DNA of 62,954 bases, filler included, from Olpidium bornovanus S191 (GCA_017911155.1; 28 parts of 28 records of this genome joined end to end with filler, not necessarily neighbours in it), one strand, 5' to 3'; positions 1 through 11,522 are shown, counted from the whole stretch's first letter. Notes: generated from the letters alone by a model not told the origin. Numbers and translations: made by a program.

Positions 1-77
1 ACCCTATTTCTTTTGATGTCACGGTACCACCGGAGCACATTTTTTTTTTTGGTTGGATTCTGAAACCCGATCCGCTT

Positions 78-112
<35 letters not shown>

Positions 113-127
113 CCCCGCGTTGTTCAG

Positions 128-1203
128 GCAGGTGTACAGATACCAGCTGCGGGCCAAGCACATGGGCGCCAACCGGCGAAGCGGCTACTCGTCCGTGGTG
201 TTTCCCGAGCTCGTGCGCTCCAACGTCGACTTCGTCGCTCGCTTGACACCCTGGATCCGCAGGGAGCTCCAAGCCATACTCCAGGAGGAGGACGTCGAAA
301 CCGTGCGCGCGTTCGTCATCGCCGTGGCGAGGAGGTGAGGTGGGGGGTGGATGGTGGAAAAAACTGTTAATCCCAGGCCCTCCTTCCTCCTTGCCCCTCG
401 TTAAGAAAAGGATTCCGCAAAAACCAAGGGTGGGGGGGGGGGATGTTTCGACCTCAAAAGGCGTTTAATAACAATCTCATTCGCCCAACCCGCACAAAAA
501 AAAATCTCATTCGCCCAACCCGCAGTCATGACCTTCAGAGCGAGCAGGCCATCTCCCTGCTCACGGACTTTCTCCACGACGCGACGGAGACTTTCGTGCA
601 CGAGCTGCTCAGTTTCGCTCGCAGCCCGTTCACGATAAAAGATTACGACAAGGTCGTGCAGTACGGCCTTCCGCTGCAGGAGGTAAAAAAAAAAACGACA
701 CTGCCCTTTATTTTTCCGACGAAAGCCAAAAAAAAATAAAAAAAAATTGCGAAAGGAAGGCGTTCGGGGAGCGTCGCTTCGGAAGCTCGCTGTCTCCGTT
801 TTATTCCCGTTGCCGGAAAACCGATGTTGCCGTCGTGTCGGTCACAAACCCCTTCCGTTTTCTTATTTTTCGTATTTTTTTTTCTAATTCTTTTTTTGTG
901 CCCCCCCCCCCTCCCCCCCCGCCTTGTCTTTCTGCACCAACCTCCCAGCTGGAGAAGTTGGCAAAGAACGACAACGGGCGCAGCGTCCTCGTGTCTTCGC
1001 CGTCATCGTCCACCGCCCCAGGCCTCCGCCGGAGCGAGGCGGAAGGCAGAACATCGAGGAGATCACGGTCGCCTCAACGACGCCACGGCGATGCCGGGAT
1101 GAGCCGGGAAGACCGGCGGGAGCACGGCTCTCCGCGCCGCGGTTCGCGGTCGCCCGACCCGTCCCCCACCTCGCCCCCTCGGAGGAATATAAGCTCGACG
1201 TGA
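128..1203 (+). CDS. TOPORS: Topors-like RING E3 ligase, internal/C-terminal exons (partial)
   Basis: Exons about 128-334, 526-682 and 949-1203 with phase-compatible GT-AG junctions. They give LTPWIRRELQAIL...HDLQSEQAISLLTDFLHDATETFVHELLSFARSPFTIKDYDKVVQY, the conserved post-RING Topors block, then an RS-rich tail. The RING itself is not in the window. Confidence 0.8.
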
Positions 1204-1803
1204 GCCCCGGTGAAGAGGACGAGATTCGTCACCGTGGTGAAAAACGTTTGTGTGTGCGTCACGTCGTCGGCCGTCTCGGTGATAGATCTGCGTTTTCGCG
1301 GGCTGCAGCCGCAGCGTGATCCCGGGGGAAGCGGGCGTAAAAAAAAAAAAAGAAGAAAACCGGGCCGTAGGAGAAGAAAAAAAAAAACCTAACTGTCGAA
1401 GCCGAACGGCGTGTGAACCACCTTCGGGCCCACCAGGGAAAAGACAAACCTCGGGTTTATTTTTTCTTTTGTGCTCCGTTCTCTCCTGTGTTTCCCCCCG
1501 CCGCAACAGTCGGACGCGGGTGGCATCCGTTGGGCAAGTCCGTCTTTTTTCTAGTCGTCGTCAGCGCGCCATCTGAAGAGTTTTCCCTCGCCCCCCTTAT
1601 TTTCTTAAAAAGCCGTTGAATATCTGATCCCAGAATTCTGTAATCTGCAGATAAAATATTTCGGTATGTAAAAACAATTCTAGGTTCCGGGTTCGGAATT
1701 ATCCTTTTTTTTTCTTGCCAACTCGCACGTTCGCCGGGGATGTCGGTCGCCCAGACGGCCCGGTCGTTTCAGGCTTCAATAGCAGGAGCAATCCGTATAC
1801 ATG

Positions 1804-1903
1804 NNNNNNNNNNNNNNNNNNNNNNNNNNNNNNNNNNNNNNNNNNNNTTAATTAATTAANNNNNNNNNNNNNNNNNNNNNNNNNNNNNNNNNNNNNNNNN
1901 NNN
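1804..1903. other. Artificial contig-joining linker (first of 27)
   Basis: 44 N + TTAATTAATTAA (stops in all six frames) + 44 N. Linkers start at 1804, 2983, 5764, 7271, 8408, 11259, 12490, 13624, 15418, 18205, 19539, 23566, 26696, 28280, 30422, 33890, 36631, 40058, 42157, 43676, 45918, 47863, 49338, 52202, 55191, 58833 and 61570. Confidence 0.99.
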
Positions 1904-2669
1904 GAGCCGCCGCCCCCCCCCCCCCCCCCTCCGCCCGCCCGCCCACGACCGGACAGCAGGGAGCTCGCGGATGAGGGGGTAACCCACCGGCGAAGGCGCC
2001 CGGAGATTGCGTCTGCATCAGCAGCCGGCCTACACCGTGGGGCGTTGTTGGAGGCGCACCCCGGGACGCGGCACCGGCTCCGGTGAAAATGCTTTGGAGA
2101 GCGCCGCGACGGGCTCGCCGAAGAAAGCTTCGAAGAGACGACAGATGGGCAGCACTGCCGATCCGCAAGTTTTGGCGCACGCGGTCCTCCAACAAACCCC
2201 CCTCGTCACGGTGCGCCGCTGTCGCCCAAAGGTAATGTAATGTGTGTGTTGGCACGCGCACGGCTTCCCGACAACCGCGTCCGAGAAAGTGGAGAGAGAG
2301 AGAGAGACAGAGAGAGAGAGAGAGAAGCCTTGAGAGAAACAGACCTTGAGAAAAGAGAGGGAGAGAGCAGAGGCAGAGCAGAGCAGAGAGAACGAGACAG
2401 AGACCGCGACACAGAGAGGCCGACGCGCCTTGTTTCCTGCCTCTCTCTCTCTCTCTCTCTTTCTCGATCTCGTTCTCCTCGCTCGCTCGACGTTCCCCCC
2501 TCCTCCCCGTAATCTCGCTCTCTGCCCAGCGCAGCATTTCGCGCGAACCCGCTTCGCCGTCATGTCACATTAACCACCACCACCACCCCCTCCTCTCTCC
2601 GCCGCCCCTTTTCCCGCCACTTTCCGGGTCGCGCCGCCCAAAACGACTCCGCGCGCTTTTGTCGCCAGA

Positions 2670-2704
<35 letters not shown>

Positions 2705-3082
2705 ACAACAACCCAACGGAGAAGCCGCCCCTGCCGGACGACATCCGCCAGATGACACTCCCGCCGGGCGAAAATAACGACGACACCGCCCCTGCCGTCC
2801 AAGTCTGCAGCTGCTCTGTGAGCCAGGGTAGGACACGGTTTCTCTTTTTAGCACTGTTTTAACATAAAGGCTGACTTCAAATCCACACAGCTTGTCCAAC
2901 AGGCTCAAAAGCAGACTGGGTTTAGGCTTGTTTGGTAGGGCGCTTTAAGGCCTCAAGAATGAACCTAACACCACTGGCGGCCNNNNNNNNNNNNNNNNNN
3001 NNNNNNNNNNNNNNNNNNNNNNNNNNTTAATTAATTAANNNNNNNNNNNNNNNNNNNNNNNNNNNNNNNNNNNNNNNNNNNN

Positions 3083-3547
3083 CATGTATAGGGATCCCAC
3101 CGTGGTGGGACGCGCCAAGGTGTCTGCCGAGACATTTGCGGAGATTATCAACAGCTTCGTGGAGCCAATATCATACAAAACAATGGTAGACCTTCAATGC
3201 GTGTGATGAAACGGCCGGATGTCATTGTCTGGGTTGCTGGAAATGCCGTGACATTATGCATCGATTGACTTGGTTCCAATCCGCCGTAGGCATTCTGCAT
3301 ATTTCTTACGTTCGGTTCCATCCTCGTGTCGAATCTTGCTTTCGGCTTTTACCGATCGTGGTCGGCGGGCGCTCACAATCATATTCCCGGACGAGGGGAT
3401 CCGCACGCGTTTTCGTCACCGCCGGCTGCCCAGATACACGTCCACAGCGGACCACCACCGCATTCATGGAACCCGCGGCGCCGCCGGCCGAGGGCAGAGT
3501 CGCCCGAGATGTCCCCGAAGTCGCGTGTGCGGAGGATAGTCTTCTGA
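3083..3547 (+). CDS. Brr6/Brl1-family nuclear envelope protein, C-terminal part
   Basis: Exons 3083-3185 and 3290-3547 give MYRDPTVVGRAKVSAETFAEIINSFVEPISYKTM|AFCIFLTFGSILVSNLAFGFYRSW. This is the Brr6_like_C_C signature followed by a TM helix. Confidence 0.85.
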
Positions 3548-4555
3548 GACACTCCTTTATACACATCTCCTCCGCGGACGCCGCGAATCTCGAGTTGGTG
3601 GCATTTGGGGGTTACGTCGGGATGAGGACACTTCAGGCAGACCTGCTCTCTTCTGTTGCCCGATCCAAGCCACTGGAGTTCTGCACTGGCCTTGTTTGCC
3701 GGCAAAGAAGTTGACATCCGGCGACGAACCCGTCAACAACCGCCGGAAGTTTATTTGCTGCTTTGTGTAATGCGAGAAAGAAACAGGCGCCGAAAGAGGT
3801 TGCTTTGGTACGCGCAGGCTGTGCTACAGAACGTTTCAATCTCTAGTCACGTGACATGGGAGAGATAAAATCCTTGGCCATGAAATGGGAAGGCTAGAGG
3901 TAAAAAGGTCCGAAGGGAAAGGGGCAATCACAGCTTACAGTTACAAAGCATCTGACCCACGTTATATTTATTACATGTAAAAGCATAGACAGCGAAAAGG
4001 AGCTGGCACACCTTTTTGTTTATTTTTATTATTATTATATTTTTTTTGCGGCCGCCGGGCGCATTTTGCCAAGTCAGGATTTTGCTCTGGCGGCGGCGCG
4101 TGTCTGGAGAAGGGGGCGGCACTGCGCAGAAGCCACGTGGACGAGGACGAGGGTTGGGCCTGGGAAGGCGTTTCATCAGCGCACATGACCGATGTGTAGC
4201 TAATAAAGATGGCGCCGAAGGCGGTTTTACGTTCCTTGGGCCCCTATTGATCGGGGGGCCCATCGATGGTCATCAATGGGCCACGTGACATCGAAGGGGG
4301 CGTCCCACTGCACGGAGAATGAAATGATCAAAAATTTCGGCAGGGCCCATTTTCGTTGGATAGAGTGAGGCCTTGAGGTGGAGTCAAATTCCACTGCAGA
4401 CGTCTTCGAAATGCACGCCAAGCGCTTTTCATGTCTCCTGAGCAGACTCGGACTCCAACCCGTTGAGGACGTGTTCATAAAGGTCTGATACGTGCTGTAT
4501 GCCTCACCCGGCACCGATACCGGTGCGCCATACCATACTGGTGCGTAATATCCAG

Positions 4556-4702
4556 TATTGCGGCTCCGGTACTGGTGTCGGGCTCAGAGATATTCTGCAA
4601 TATCCCGCATTATGGCGCTGGTACTGGCGTCGGGCTCGGAAATATTCCGTAAAGCGATATTGTGGCGCCGGTACTGGCGCCAGGCTTGGAATATTCCGTA
4701 AG
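4556..4702. repeat. Three degenerate ~50-bp tandem repeats
   Basis: Units start at 4556, 4610 and 4658 and share the core GGCKCYGGTACTGGYGYCRGGCTYRG...ATATTCYGYAA. Confidence 0.8.
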
Positions 4703-5036
4703 CCACAGCGTGGTGGGAATTCGCCGATGTTACGGCTCTATTGGTGGGGCCCGTTCCGCGAGACATTGAGTTCCCATGGCAAGCCATAGCTAGAGATAGA
4801 CCAACGCCTTTACGGGCTATTGTATTAGCCAGTGAGCGAGCCATGCAGTAGCAGGGCGGACCCAGTGGGTCCCTCGGGGCTGTGTTGGCCCCGGTGTAGT
4901 GTGTCCCTCAACGTCGACTGGCACGTGACCTGTACCTATATAGCCAGTCGGCCCCCCGGGCACACCTGAATAGACTCCGACTTCCTTCCTCCCTTCGACG
5001 TCTCACTACAAAGTGGGGAATCTGAGGAAGAACCAT

Positions 5037-5477
5037 CCCTTTCGACCAGCCTCCCTTTCGACCAGCTCCCGCGCTTCGCCCTCCGCCGCACCCGCGCTTC
5101 GCCCTCCGCCGCGCCCGCGCTTCGTCCTCCGCCGCGCCCGCGCTTCGCCCTCCGCCGCGCCCGCGCTTCGCCCTCCGCCGCGCCCGCCCTCGGCTTCAGT
5201 TGCAGCACCCGTTTTCGCGCTTGCTTTTTCTGCTTGTTTTCGCGCTTGCTTTTTCTGCTTGTTTTCGCGCTTGCGTTCGTTTTCGCGCTTGCGTTCGTTT
5301 GTTTTCGTCGCCGAAACGACGACCGTTTGCGTCGTCTTCGAAACGCCGCTTTCCCGTCGCTTTCGCCTGCTCGGCCCCCGCCACGCCCGCGCTCCGCCTC
5401 CGTCGCGCCCGCGCTCGGCCCGCCGCCGCGTTTGTTTTTGAGTTTATTTTTGCTCACTGAGCTTATTTTTGCTCACC
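5037..5477. repeat. Composite minisatellite cassette
   Basis: Five copies of 23-bp CCCGCGCTTCGCCCTCCGCCGCG (5068-5182). Also paired repeats CCCTTTCGACCAGC, GTTTTCGCGCTTGCTTTTTCTGCTT, GTTTTCGCGCTTGCGTTC and GAGYTTATTTTTGCTCAC. Confidence 0.9.
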
Positions 5478-6126
5478 GCGCTTTCGTCTTTGTTTACTCC
5501 ATTGCTTTTGCCGTCGACGACAGCCGCTGACGGTGCCCTCGCCGCATCGTCGACGCCGTAAAGGCGAGACGCCACTGCCGCTGTCGCCCCAGGTCACGGC
5601 GACCCGCTCCGCTCCCCGGCCGACGGCCATCGCGCCGTCAAACCCGCCGAACTCTGCTCTTCGTTCGGCAGCGTTGTCACCCGCGCCTGTCGCCGCGTCG
5701 TCATCCCCGCCCGTCGACCCCGCCGCTGTCCCCATCCCGCCGTCGCCGTCCCTCGACACATGANNNNNNNNNNNNNNNNNNNNNNNNNNNNNNNNNNNNN
5801 NNNNNNNTTAATTAATTAANNNNNNNNNNNNNNNNNNNNNNNNNNNNNNNNNNNNNNNNNNNNCGCATGGAGGCCCCCGAAAATTTGCGGAAAAAAGAAA
5901 GCAGAGACAAAAAAGGAACCCCCTTCGCGGAAAAAAAAATGCGGCGAGACCTCTGCGCCTCGCGGAATAGTGCGGTGCTCGGAACTGCTCTGTTCCTAAC
6001 GGGCCGCGATTCGTCCGCGCGCAACCGGCCTCCGTGCTGCGGCAAACGCTCATCAACTTGTGGCAAACCGCCCGGCCTTGCCGTCTCGACGTTTGATTCC
6101 ACGGCGCTCGTGCACACTACCCGCAG

Positions 6127-6591
6127 TACGAACCCGAGCTGTTCCCTGGTCTGATCTACCGGATGGTGAAGCCAAAAATTGTTCTTCTCATTTTCGTCTC
6201 CGGCAAGATTGTCTTGACCGGCGCGAAAGTGCGAGAAGAGATTTATCAAGCGTATGTATGGGGGGGGGGCAGGGGGAGGGGTGCCTAGCATATCGTGTGT
6301 CAGTGGATTTGGGACGAGATCACTTCCGGAACGAAAAATGGGACATTGTTCGAGTGCCGCCAATCTTCGCGCTGACGAAACCGAGAACAATGCGTTGCCT
6401 TGTTTCCTGCTTCTGCGGCCGTGTCCCCTCCCGGTCCGGCTCGCTTTGTTTGTCCGCTGCCTTGCGACGGCCGTGTTATCGCGGGCAAAATTGCACCATC
6501 CGTGCCGGCGCGCCACCACTTTTTTTTTTTTTTTTTTTTTTGCAGATTTGAGACGATCTATCCCGTTCTAATGAGCTTCAAGAAGAGCTGA
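6127..6591 (+). CDS. TBP: TATA-binding protein, last two exons (partial)
   Basis: Exons 6127-6251 and 6546-6591 give [42 protein letters not shown]|[14 protein letters not shown]. Confidence 0.98.
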
Positions 6592-7158
6592 CAGCGGTGG
6601 TTTTGTTCTTCGGCGACGTCGGTGCCTGACGGGCGATGGCCACCCCCGGGTCTTTTTGCGGCCGTCCTTCGTCGAACCGAAGAGCGAAGCGCTTCCGCGC
6701 CTGCCTAGGATGTTACCACCGCGTCAGCTGTTCCATTTTCGCCCCCTCCCCCCCCCCCCCCACACGCTCCTCCTCCCACCTCCCCCACCTTCCTCCGTCC
6801 CGTATTTTCTCCCCCTCCCGTCATCTGTACCATTTTTCCTATTCAATTCCATAGACGTTTGAAACCGTTTATCTGTCCCCCCCCCCTCGATCTTTCTTAT
6901 CAAATATTTTGAACATAGCAAAGGAGAAGGAAACGAAAACAAAACAAAAAAAAATGATAATAATCGACCGAACGAACTGGAAATGCGGGATTTTCCGCTT
7001 GGCTCGGCCCGCAGAACATATTTCCTCGGATTCGATTTTTCGGAAGCTTCTCCTCAATTCTGCTTTTTTCGGGCGCCCGCTGCGCCGGCCTTTTTGCAGG
7101 CGGTGCTCGTCTCGCAATATCGCCGGCTAAGTGGTTTTGCAGGCGGATAGAGCGTGCG

Positions 7159-7197
<39 letters not shown>

Positions 7198-7370
7198 GGG
7201 GGGGGGGGGGGAAAAAAAAAAAACGGGGGGGGGGGGGCCCCCCCCCCCCCCCCCCCCCCCTGTGTTCCCCNNNNNNNNNNNNNNNNNNNNNNNNNNNNNN
7301 NNNNNNNNNNNNNNTTAATTAATTAANNNNNNNNNNNNNNNNNNNNNNNNNNNNNNNNNNNNNNNNNNNN

Positions 7371-8202
7371 CATGATCCACGCCCCAGAGCCTCACGTCCT
7401 GCTGTTCCGGAGGGAGAAGGACTACCAGGTGGCTGTTATTTCTTGTTTTTTTAATTTTTTTTCTTGGTTTTCTTGCTTTTTGGTTTTGTTTTGTTTTTTG
7501 GTTTTGGTTTTGGTTTTTGGTTTTGTTTTTTGGTTTTGGTTTTGTTTTTTGGTTTTGGTTTTGTTTTTTGGTTTTGGTTTTGTTTTTTGGTTTTTTTTTA
7601 CTTTTTTTGTTTTTTGGTTTGTTTTTTGGTTTGTCTTTTTACTTTCTTTGTTTTTTTCTTTCTTTTTTTCGTTTTTTGTTTTTATTTTCTTTGTTTTTTT
7701 CGTTTTTTGTTATTTTTTTTGTTGTTTCATTTTTGGTTTTTGGTGTTTTTCCGCTTCTTTGCTGTAGTTTTGCTTCGTTTCTTTTTAGATTTGTTTTTTT
7801 GTTTTTTTCGTTTTTTTGTTTTTTTCGTGTTTTTTTGTTTGCGGCGTTTAATTTTTCGTGTTCTGCTGGTGTGCGCGCGCGCGACTTCTAAATTCCGACG
7901 TGAGTTTACTGACGCCGCCGGTAACACATCTCGCTCTCTTCTCGCCAAATGCGCCGCCGCCGCGTTTTTTTTTTTTTTTGTTTTTTTCTCGCGCGTCCCT
8001 TTCGCCAGATCAAGTGTACGTGAGGCCGCGGTGGCGCCCACCCGCCCTTTTTACTGCCTGTTTTTGCGTTTTTTTTTTTATTCTTTTTCCTTCCTTCTTG
8101 CTCACCTGACTCCGCTTTTCTTTTTTTGGTTTCTTCCGGTTTTGTTTTTTTTCCCACCCCACCTCTCTTCTTACAGACCCCCAAAAGAAACCGCCCGCGT
8201 GA
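7371..8202 (+). CDS. CKS1: Cks1/Suc1 CDK regulatory subunit, C-terminal part
   Basis: Exon 7371-7428 gives MIHAPEPHVLLFRREKDYQ (cf. HxPEPHILLF[RK]R and Suc1 REKDYQ). Inferred 7-nt exon 8009-8015 and exon 8177-8202 add IKYPQKKPPA*. Confidence 0.9.
7430..7860. repeat. T/G-rich low-complexity intronic tract with TTTTGG-like repeats
   Basis: About 430 nt dominated by T and G with very few A, lying in the CKS1 intron. It produces the F/V/L-rich spurious ORFs. Confidence 0.9.
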
Positions 8203-8507
8203 ACGTCGTGCGGGTGTGGTCCGGTCCCCACCACAAAGCGGGGATGGGGGGCGAAGGGGGGGGGGAACACGGCGGCGGCCGGCCGGGGCCCCCTTTTCTC
8301 CCTCGGGAAATTCCGCGCCAAATTCCGTGAACCCGCTTCGCGTCTTGTCCGCCTGCAAGAATCCCGGACAGGAGGCCGGAAGGGTGGGGGAGGTGGGGGG
8401 CGGGGGGNNNNNNNNNNNNNNNNNNNNNNNNNNNNNNNNNNNNNNNNNNNNTTAATTAATTAANNNNNNNNNNNNNNNNNNNNNNNNNNNNNNNNNNNNN
8501 NNNNNNN

Positions 8508-9760
8508 CATGCCTTCTGTTGTCATTCCGACGTTCAACTCTACGGACCCAAAATAGTGCTTAGCATTAGGCGCTTACCACTCCCGACCACAAACCTCAAT
8601 CAAGCCTCACCTGGATGTTCTTTTACAGCACGTTCTATTATATCGGCAATGTGCTTCAATGCAAGCGCGTTTTGTCGGAGGTGATAATAGCAAAGAGCGA
8701 CGTTGTACGAAAGCTCCGGGCTGCTTCCAGCCAGCTTGACGGCTTCGTTGAATCTGATAATGGCCTCCTCGTATCGGCCGTCCTTGCACAAAGCCCAAAG
8801 TAAGTTTTCGCAAAGGGCTGCCAAAACAACTGCTTTGTGCAGTAGCAGCACTACGACGGCCACTGTCAACATTTGAGGTACCTTGTACAGAAGGCATCCC
8901 TGGTTGACCACAGTATCCGTGTCATCCTTCGACCCTTGCTCCACCAGTATCTTACAGCTCACGAGATCGTTTGTTTCGTACTTGATCGCAGCTTGCAGTT
9001 TTGAAACCTACGCACAAAAGACGGCAGATCTGGTCCTTTAAAAACGCTGCCCGACCGAGGGCCGTGAATTCCCCCCCCCAAACGCCCACGACGCGGAACC
9101 GATCTACCTTCGATGAAAGCTCGGGACCGTCAACAGCAAGACAGGCCTTCTGCGCCTGCGCATAGTCTCCCGACTTGTGTAGGCACTGTGCGTAATACAG
9201 CCTGTACTCCTCCACATCCGGATATAGTCTTGCCAGCTTCTCATAGCTGGTCGAAACGTGAGATCGACAGATCCCCAGCACAAGCGCGAGCTCAGGATCA
9301 GCGCTCAACTGAAGCAGGGAGAACGTCCGGGGCGTGTCTTTGGAGAGTTCGGTTGCGCTGCCCCGCGACAAGCCTGCGCGGAACATTCACGTCGCTGTCG
9401 CGACCCGAAAAGAAATCATTGGGAATAAACGTACCACCCACTCGCCCCAGCCCAGTCCTGCTGCATGTACATGCAGTAGCCCAGCAGGCTCCAGGCGGCA
9501 CGAGCCCCCATGGCGCCCGATCCTGCAAGGGACCTGACCGCCGGATCGGACAGCCCGCCGGCCGCTGTGGGCTGCGTAACCCATTTGCCGCTCTGGATTT
9601 CCCCCGAAAGGATCTTGATCGCGTTCGCGTACCTCCCTTCGCGGATGGCGGTGTACACGGTCTGGGTGTACTTCCCCTCCGCGACGGGCGCTTGCACCGT
9701 CGACTGGGTGTGCCAGGCGGTCGACGGCGGCAGGCCGTACGAGGAGTAAGGCGCCGCCAT
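8508..9760 (-). CDS. TTC30: IFT70/TTC30 intraflagellar transport protein, N-terminal part
   Basis: Exons 9760-9435, 9246-9108, 9007-8882, 8782-8611 and 8539-8508. Motifs EGKYTQTVYTAIREGRY, SLLGYCMY, YRLYYAQCLHK, LQAAIKY, VNQGCLLYK, YNVALCYY and ADIIERAVKEHPELNVGMTTEG match TTC30/fleer TPRs. Confidence 0.96.
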
Positions 9761-10404
9761 TCCGGGCCGCTTCACTCCTTCGGGTCTTGCGGATGTGCCT
9801 CCGCGTAGGAAAGATCGTCAACCGCGTTCCCGAGCAGTTGAGCTGCGGCGATCGGCGGAGCACAGACCCGCGAGGGAATTGCCGCGGGAATGCCTGTCAC
9901 CGATTTACCGCGGGTGTGCGGAGTTTGGAAGTTGGGGGAATGCTCGGTGCACGTGACGTTTTGCGGGTAAAGCAATAAAAAAAAAGGCCGGTGAGAATCC
10001 GGTTGCCAAGACTCTGACTAAAGAAAATGTAATATATTTTCCAGGGTAGGTATCAGCGGCTATCTTTGAGGAACAAAGCTCACCGAAGTATAGCTAATCA
10101 GAGTAAAGCGTCACAGGAGTCTTCCGGTTCTTAGACTTAACCTAACTTACGCTTTTCATTTTCACAGAAAATGCTAGGGTAACCGTGGCATTATACAACC
10201 TACGTTGATGCGTGATTTGCCATTTAAATCGCGCTTCAGATTATCAGTCGCATCCCGAAAACCAGGTCGTCCAATACAGCTCACCTGCGGGCCCCGACGA
10301 CCTCATCAAGTAACACCCCCGACGCCCTCAAAAATGCTGCACATGGTTCCGGATCCAACCTAAATGAAAATATGCCAATAATGAAGAACAGCATCTTTCC
10401 TTTC

Positions 10405-11258
10405 TCAACAGTATTGTACATCTATAAGTTGCCGGGGCAAGGGAGCCTCTAACGACTTCCTCTGCCGTTCCTGCAAAATATCCTCGCGGAACACCTCGAA
10501 CTCGACGGACAGGTAATTAGTCATCCAGTGGTTCGCAGTTGCGGTGCACAGGTTTGGTTCCAGCTGGATGGCCAGGGTCGGCACAGAGACCAGCACTTCG
10601 CGCGGCTTCCTTTCCTCTCCTGCCCGTCCGGAAGCCGGCTGTTCCCCGGCAGTTGATGGCCAAAGGGCGACCACGGCTGGGATCATGTACGGCCGCTTCT
10701 GGAACCGCGGGTAGGACCTTCGGAATTCCGCCAGCAAACCCCACTCCGGGCCTGTCAATGTTTTTTTCAGCTTCCGAACATCAGCAGGCATGAGGGCGCG
10801 AACGACGAATTGTGGGCAAGCTGGGGGCGGCAGAGATGTTGTCGCGTTGCAAAATTTAGTAGCCAGCGTCGCGTCCGCCGCGGTGGAAATTCCAGGCGAA
10901 CGGCTGTCGGCTTTTTGCGGTAAACCAGAGAAGGCCCGGGGCGACGAAAATCGCAGGCTCACAGCAAACCGGTTGTCCCACATAACTTCCTCCGCGGACT
11001 CCGGCACACGCGCTTCGAGGCCGGTTAACGTGGACGGGTCCACTTGGAGCACCACGCCAATGTCGACCTCAACCGGGCGGTGGCCGTGGTGCGCTTTTGG
11101 CAACGGTGCTCTCGCTGCCACCCATTTCACCCCCGCGATGTTCGCCGGATTCCCGGAGACCTTCCAGCGATCCCCCGGAGACGGCGCCATCAGCGGCGTC
11201 GGCACGAAGCAGACGCTGGATACGGTCGTCGCCGGCCCGCCGTGGCGTATCGCCATGG
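10405..11258 (-). CDS. Probable tRNA(Ile)-lysidine synthase (TilS)-like protein, C-terminal region
   Basis: Open frame from the contig end to the stop at 10405. It contains MWDNRF and VVRAL..D..K...P..PAVV, which recall the C-terminus of fungal TilS homologues. The catalytic domain is not present. Confidence 0.5.
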
Positions 11259-11358
11259 NNNNNNNNNNNNNNNNNNNNNNNNNNNNNNNNNNNNNNNNNN
11301 NNTTAATTAATTAANNNNNNNNNNNNNNNNNNNNNNNNNNNNNNNNNNNNNNNNNNNN

Positions 11359-11387
11359 GGGAGGGGGGGGGGGGGGGGGGGGGGGGG

Positions 11388-11460
<73 letters not shown>
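11359..11460. repeat. Poly-G/poly-C contig-end tracts (probable sequencing artefact)
   Basis: About 100 nt of nearly pure G. Similar tracts at 13724-13754, 40245-40345, 52302-52441, 55291 and 61670, mostly at or near linkers. Confidence 0.85.
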
Positions 11461-11461
<1 letters not shown>

Positions 11462-11522
11462 ACGAGCAGCGGGCGGGAAAAAAGTAAACATAAAAACGCT
11501 TCTCCTCTCCTCCTTTCCTCAC

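Noticed and set aside
1904-2982. Possible exons in contig 2, and in 13724-15417, 23666-24600 and 32900-33889
   Set aside because: Short open segments with some splice-like signals but no recognisable homology or consistent phase. Not supportable.
5001-5025. ACTACA-AAG-TGGGGAATC as an LTR end plus PBS
   Set aside because: It would need a tRNA ending GAUUCCCCA, which I do not recognise, and no gag follows.
7372-8330. Long Phe/Val/Leu-rich membrane-like ORFs, or telomeric TTTTGG repeats
   Set aside because: They lie in the CKS1 intron. The repeats are irregular, internal and lack a conserved telomere unit.
11303-11522. Poly-Pro/poly-Gly ORFs (also 40110-40457, 52246-52443)
   Set aside because: They are translations of homopolymer G/C tracts at contig ends, typical of sequencing artefacts.
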